From positions 47,926,001-47,990,000 of the forward strand of contig NC_135758.1 of assembly GCF_052425735.1 (NCBI RefSeq): a stretch of DNA of 64,000 bases. Direction: 5' to 3'. This document shows, piece by piece, positions 61,726 to 64,000 of this stretch. Source of the stretch: Oculina patagonica (Eukaryota). Under the pieces are notes generated by a model, which had not been told where the DNA came from, made no database searches, and saw only the letters and a program-made list of their open reading frames with translations. Within the stretch, counting starts at the first letter, position 1. Each line of letters opens with the position of its first letter. A program made the position numbers and the translations under genes.

Positions 61726-64000
61726 CACTGTGTAAATAGTTCACATCGAAGCCAAAATAATACCGTATCGTTTCTGAGGAAACGAAACAAAAAACGGTCA
61801 GATAAACAATTTGTTAACTCTTGATGAATAATCGATTGTTATTAACTTTTTCCAATCGATAACAATCTATAGTAAAGATTGTTTTTGTGAGTTCGATTGT
61901 TACGTTGCCGATACCAATTGATATCAATCAGATCCATTGTTTTCCAGTATTGACTTCTGTCGATATGACGACGCGTGGCTTGAGTGATGTTTAACAACAA
62001 CAGAGGCGCGCAAAGGACACTGATTGACAGTGTCCTAACGACGACAAAATAAAACTGATGTGCCCCGTCTCCAATAACTTGAATGCATCTGTAGTCGTTG
62101 CTCCACAGTCACCAGGGTCTTTGTTCTATTTATAATCAGCGGTAGTCGTCACTTTCCAGTTCAATGCACATAGACTCCGATCTGCGAGATACATCAACAT
62201 GTTTAGAGGGCATAATTTTGAACTGTCTTGGTTCATACTCGTTTTGGATGTGTTTTTTTTTTTTTTTTTTTTATAATACAACAATGCATTAACTGCAAAC
62301 AGCCTCATTTTAACTGTCGATTTTAATTTAGTCTCGAAGTGTCGATGGAATGTCTTGCAGTCTAAACAAAACAACATTTTATTATCTTTTAAATCAATGT
62401 CAAAGAAATGTGCTATCGGCAAAACCGAAATGGGTGGTGTCACGTAATGATTAAGCAACAAAATAACTTTATGCTCGTATCTTGAATAAAACAGTCATAT
62501 GACTCTACGGCAAAGCTATTACAATGTTAGCTAACTTTAACATAAGACATGAAATCATGTACTTATTATGGCTTCAAAAAGGCATTACATTTCCACCAAA
62601 CCCCAGGGGCAATAATTTGAATATCTATTATTGTTCCGCTTGTGTTTGAGAATGTCAATTACACAGTGTAAGGAGAAATTCAACGCTGGTCATTCTAATA
62701 TAAAAGCCACACATTAACCGCTTAACGTCTCTAAGAAGATTTATATATTCAGCTCTCTCTATTTCCGATCAGCGCTTCAGATCGGCTATGCAATCAGTCA
62801 ACAGTCATTTGAACTCAATGCCCGGTTGCTAACTGAATGATTGATTTTTTGAAGACACCCCACTGCGCATGGATGGATTCATTGTGTCATTGGAAAGCAA
62901 ATACAACGCACTCAACCATGTGCGACAGCGCCTGTAACGCCGCGAGTCATCCGTCTTACTTCGACATTAAGGTGAGTTGGCAATTTTCAAGCAACGGTAT
63001 TTTTTCTTTTTTTCCGAAGAGAACAACTAAAGATAGCAATACTAAAAAGTAGAAATTTACAGAATTATTACCTGATCAGTTTAATTTCGATTGTGCAATT
63101 GTGTTATATTTTTACTCATCCAAGTGTATAAAGCCGTCAGCTACATGAAACTGAATTTGGAACTTTGCTCAACATCTTCGTAACCTAAACTTTAAATTAT
63201 TTATTTAGCGTCGCAGTTAGAACTGAAATCTAAAAGATTGTTCGAGGAGGTAAAATTCCTCAGATTCAGATGATTTTAGGTCAGTATGGACAGAAAGCAC
63301 AACAGAATGGTTTTTGTTGTAGTGGAATGACTCATGGAATCGTATTCCAGCGGGCAAATAGCGGTCCAGAAAGTTGCTCTGCGAAGGTTACAAGAATGTT
63401 TGCTCTTTATTGTGCTCTTGTCTGTAAAGGCGATGTTAATTTTCAAAACACGGTGTGCCTTCAAGCTTTGTTTAATTTTGTGATGCAAAACTAATTAATA
63501 CCATAAGTGGCGTGTTCCATGAATGTTAATGTGTTGAAATACGCAGAGCAGTCGATCTTTCAAATCAGGGTTACCTCCAAACGACTTACGCGTCAACAAA
63601 TTATCATTCAAAATTTTAGCGGAGCAAGCAGAAAATTGAACGTCAACTAGCAGGCAGATTCTTCAAATTATTAACACATCAATTCTTCTAGAAAGTGTTT
63701 TGTGACGCCCTTTGAAGCTTGAACAAAGACATCGCTGGTTCACCGATCCGCGACAGACTCGAATGTTCTTTCTTTTGTCCGGTTCTTTGCAATAGTAATA
63801 TTTTTGTCAGTCGTGAAGCTTGCGCAAAATGCGATAACGTGTTTTGTTTTCCTAGCTTTTCAAGCTCCGTGGTAACACCAACGAAGGCAAAGAATGCCCC
63901 GAGGCCATGAATTTTGACCTTTTTGTTTGAACCGATAACAAATTTTCGAAACCTAACCCGCAAGGAGCTGTTTTACTATTTGGTGCAGTGGAAGAAAATT

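Noticed and set aside
63688-64000. Possible terminal exon of a minus-strand gene at the window edge
   Set aside because: Open frames exist but have no recognisable motif and are cut by the window end.

Overview
AT-rich, intron-containing animal genomic DNA. The gene and repeat content suggests a cnidarian, probably a stony coral (inference). Host genes: (1) the 3' exons of a mitoguardin (MIGA/FAM73) gene; (2) an LMO4-like LIM-only gene; (3) three tandem, spliced TenA/thiaminase-II-family genes, each with a tiny ATG exon plus one large exon and intact catalytic Asp/Cys/Glu; (4) an intronless class A GPCR; (5) two tandem copies (~6.9 kb duplication) of an uncharacterised 3-coding-exon gene that joins a long low-complexity region to a C-terminal WRKY/GCM1-like Zn-binding domain. 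Transposons: a LINE 3' fragment, a tRNA-SINE with TSD, two full-length Ty3/Gypsy elements with LTR pairs and TSDs, a decayed Gypsy with nested insertions inside a TenA intron, and many MITEs with readable TIRs and TSDs (TA, TTAA, 6, 7 and 9 bp classes). The most interesting candidates are the animal TenA cluster (basic presequence-like N-termini, duplicated ETS-CRE-TATA promoter) and the duplicated putative transposase-derived transcription factor. All homology calls come from motif recognition by eye, not database searches.
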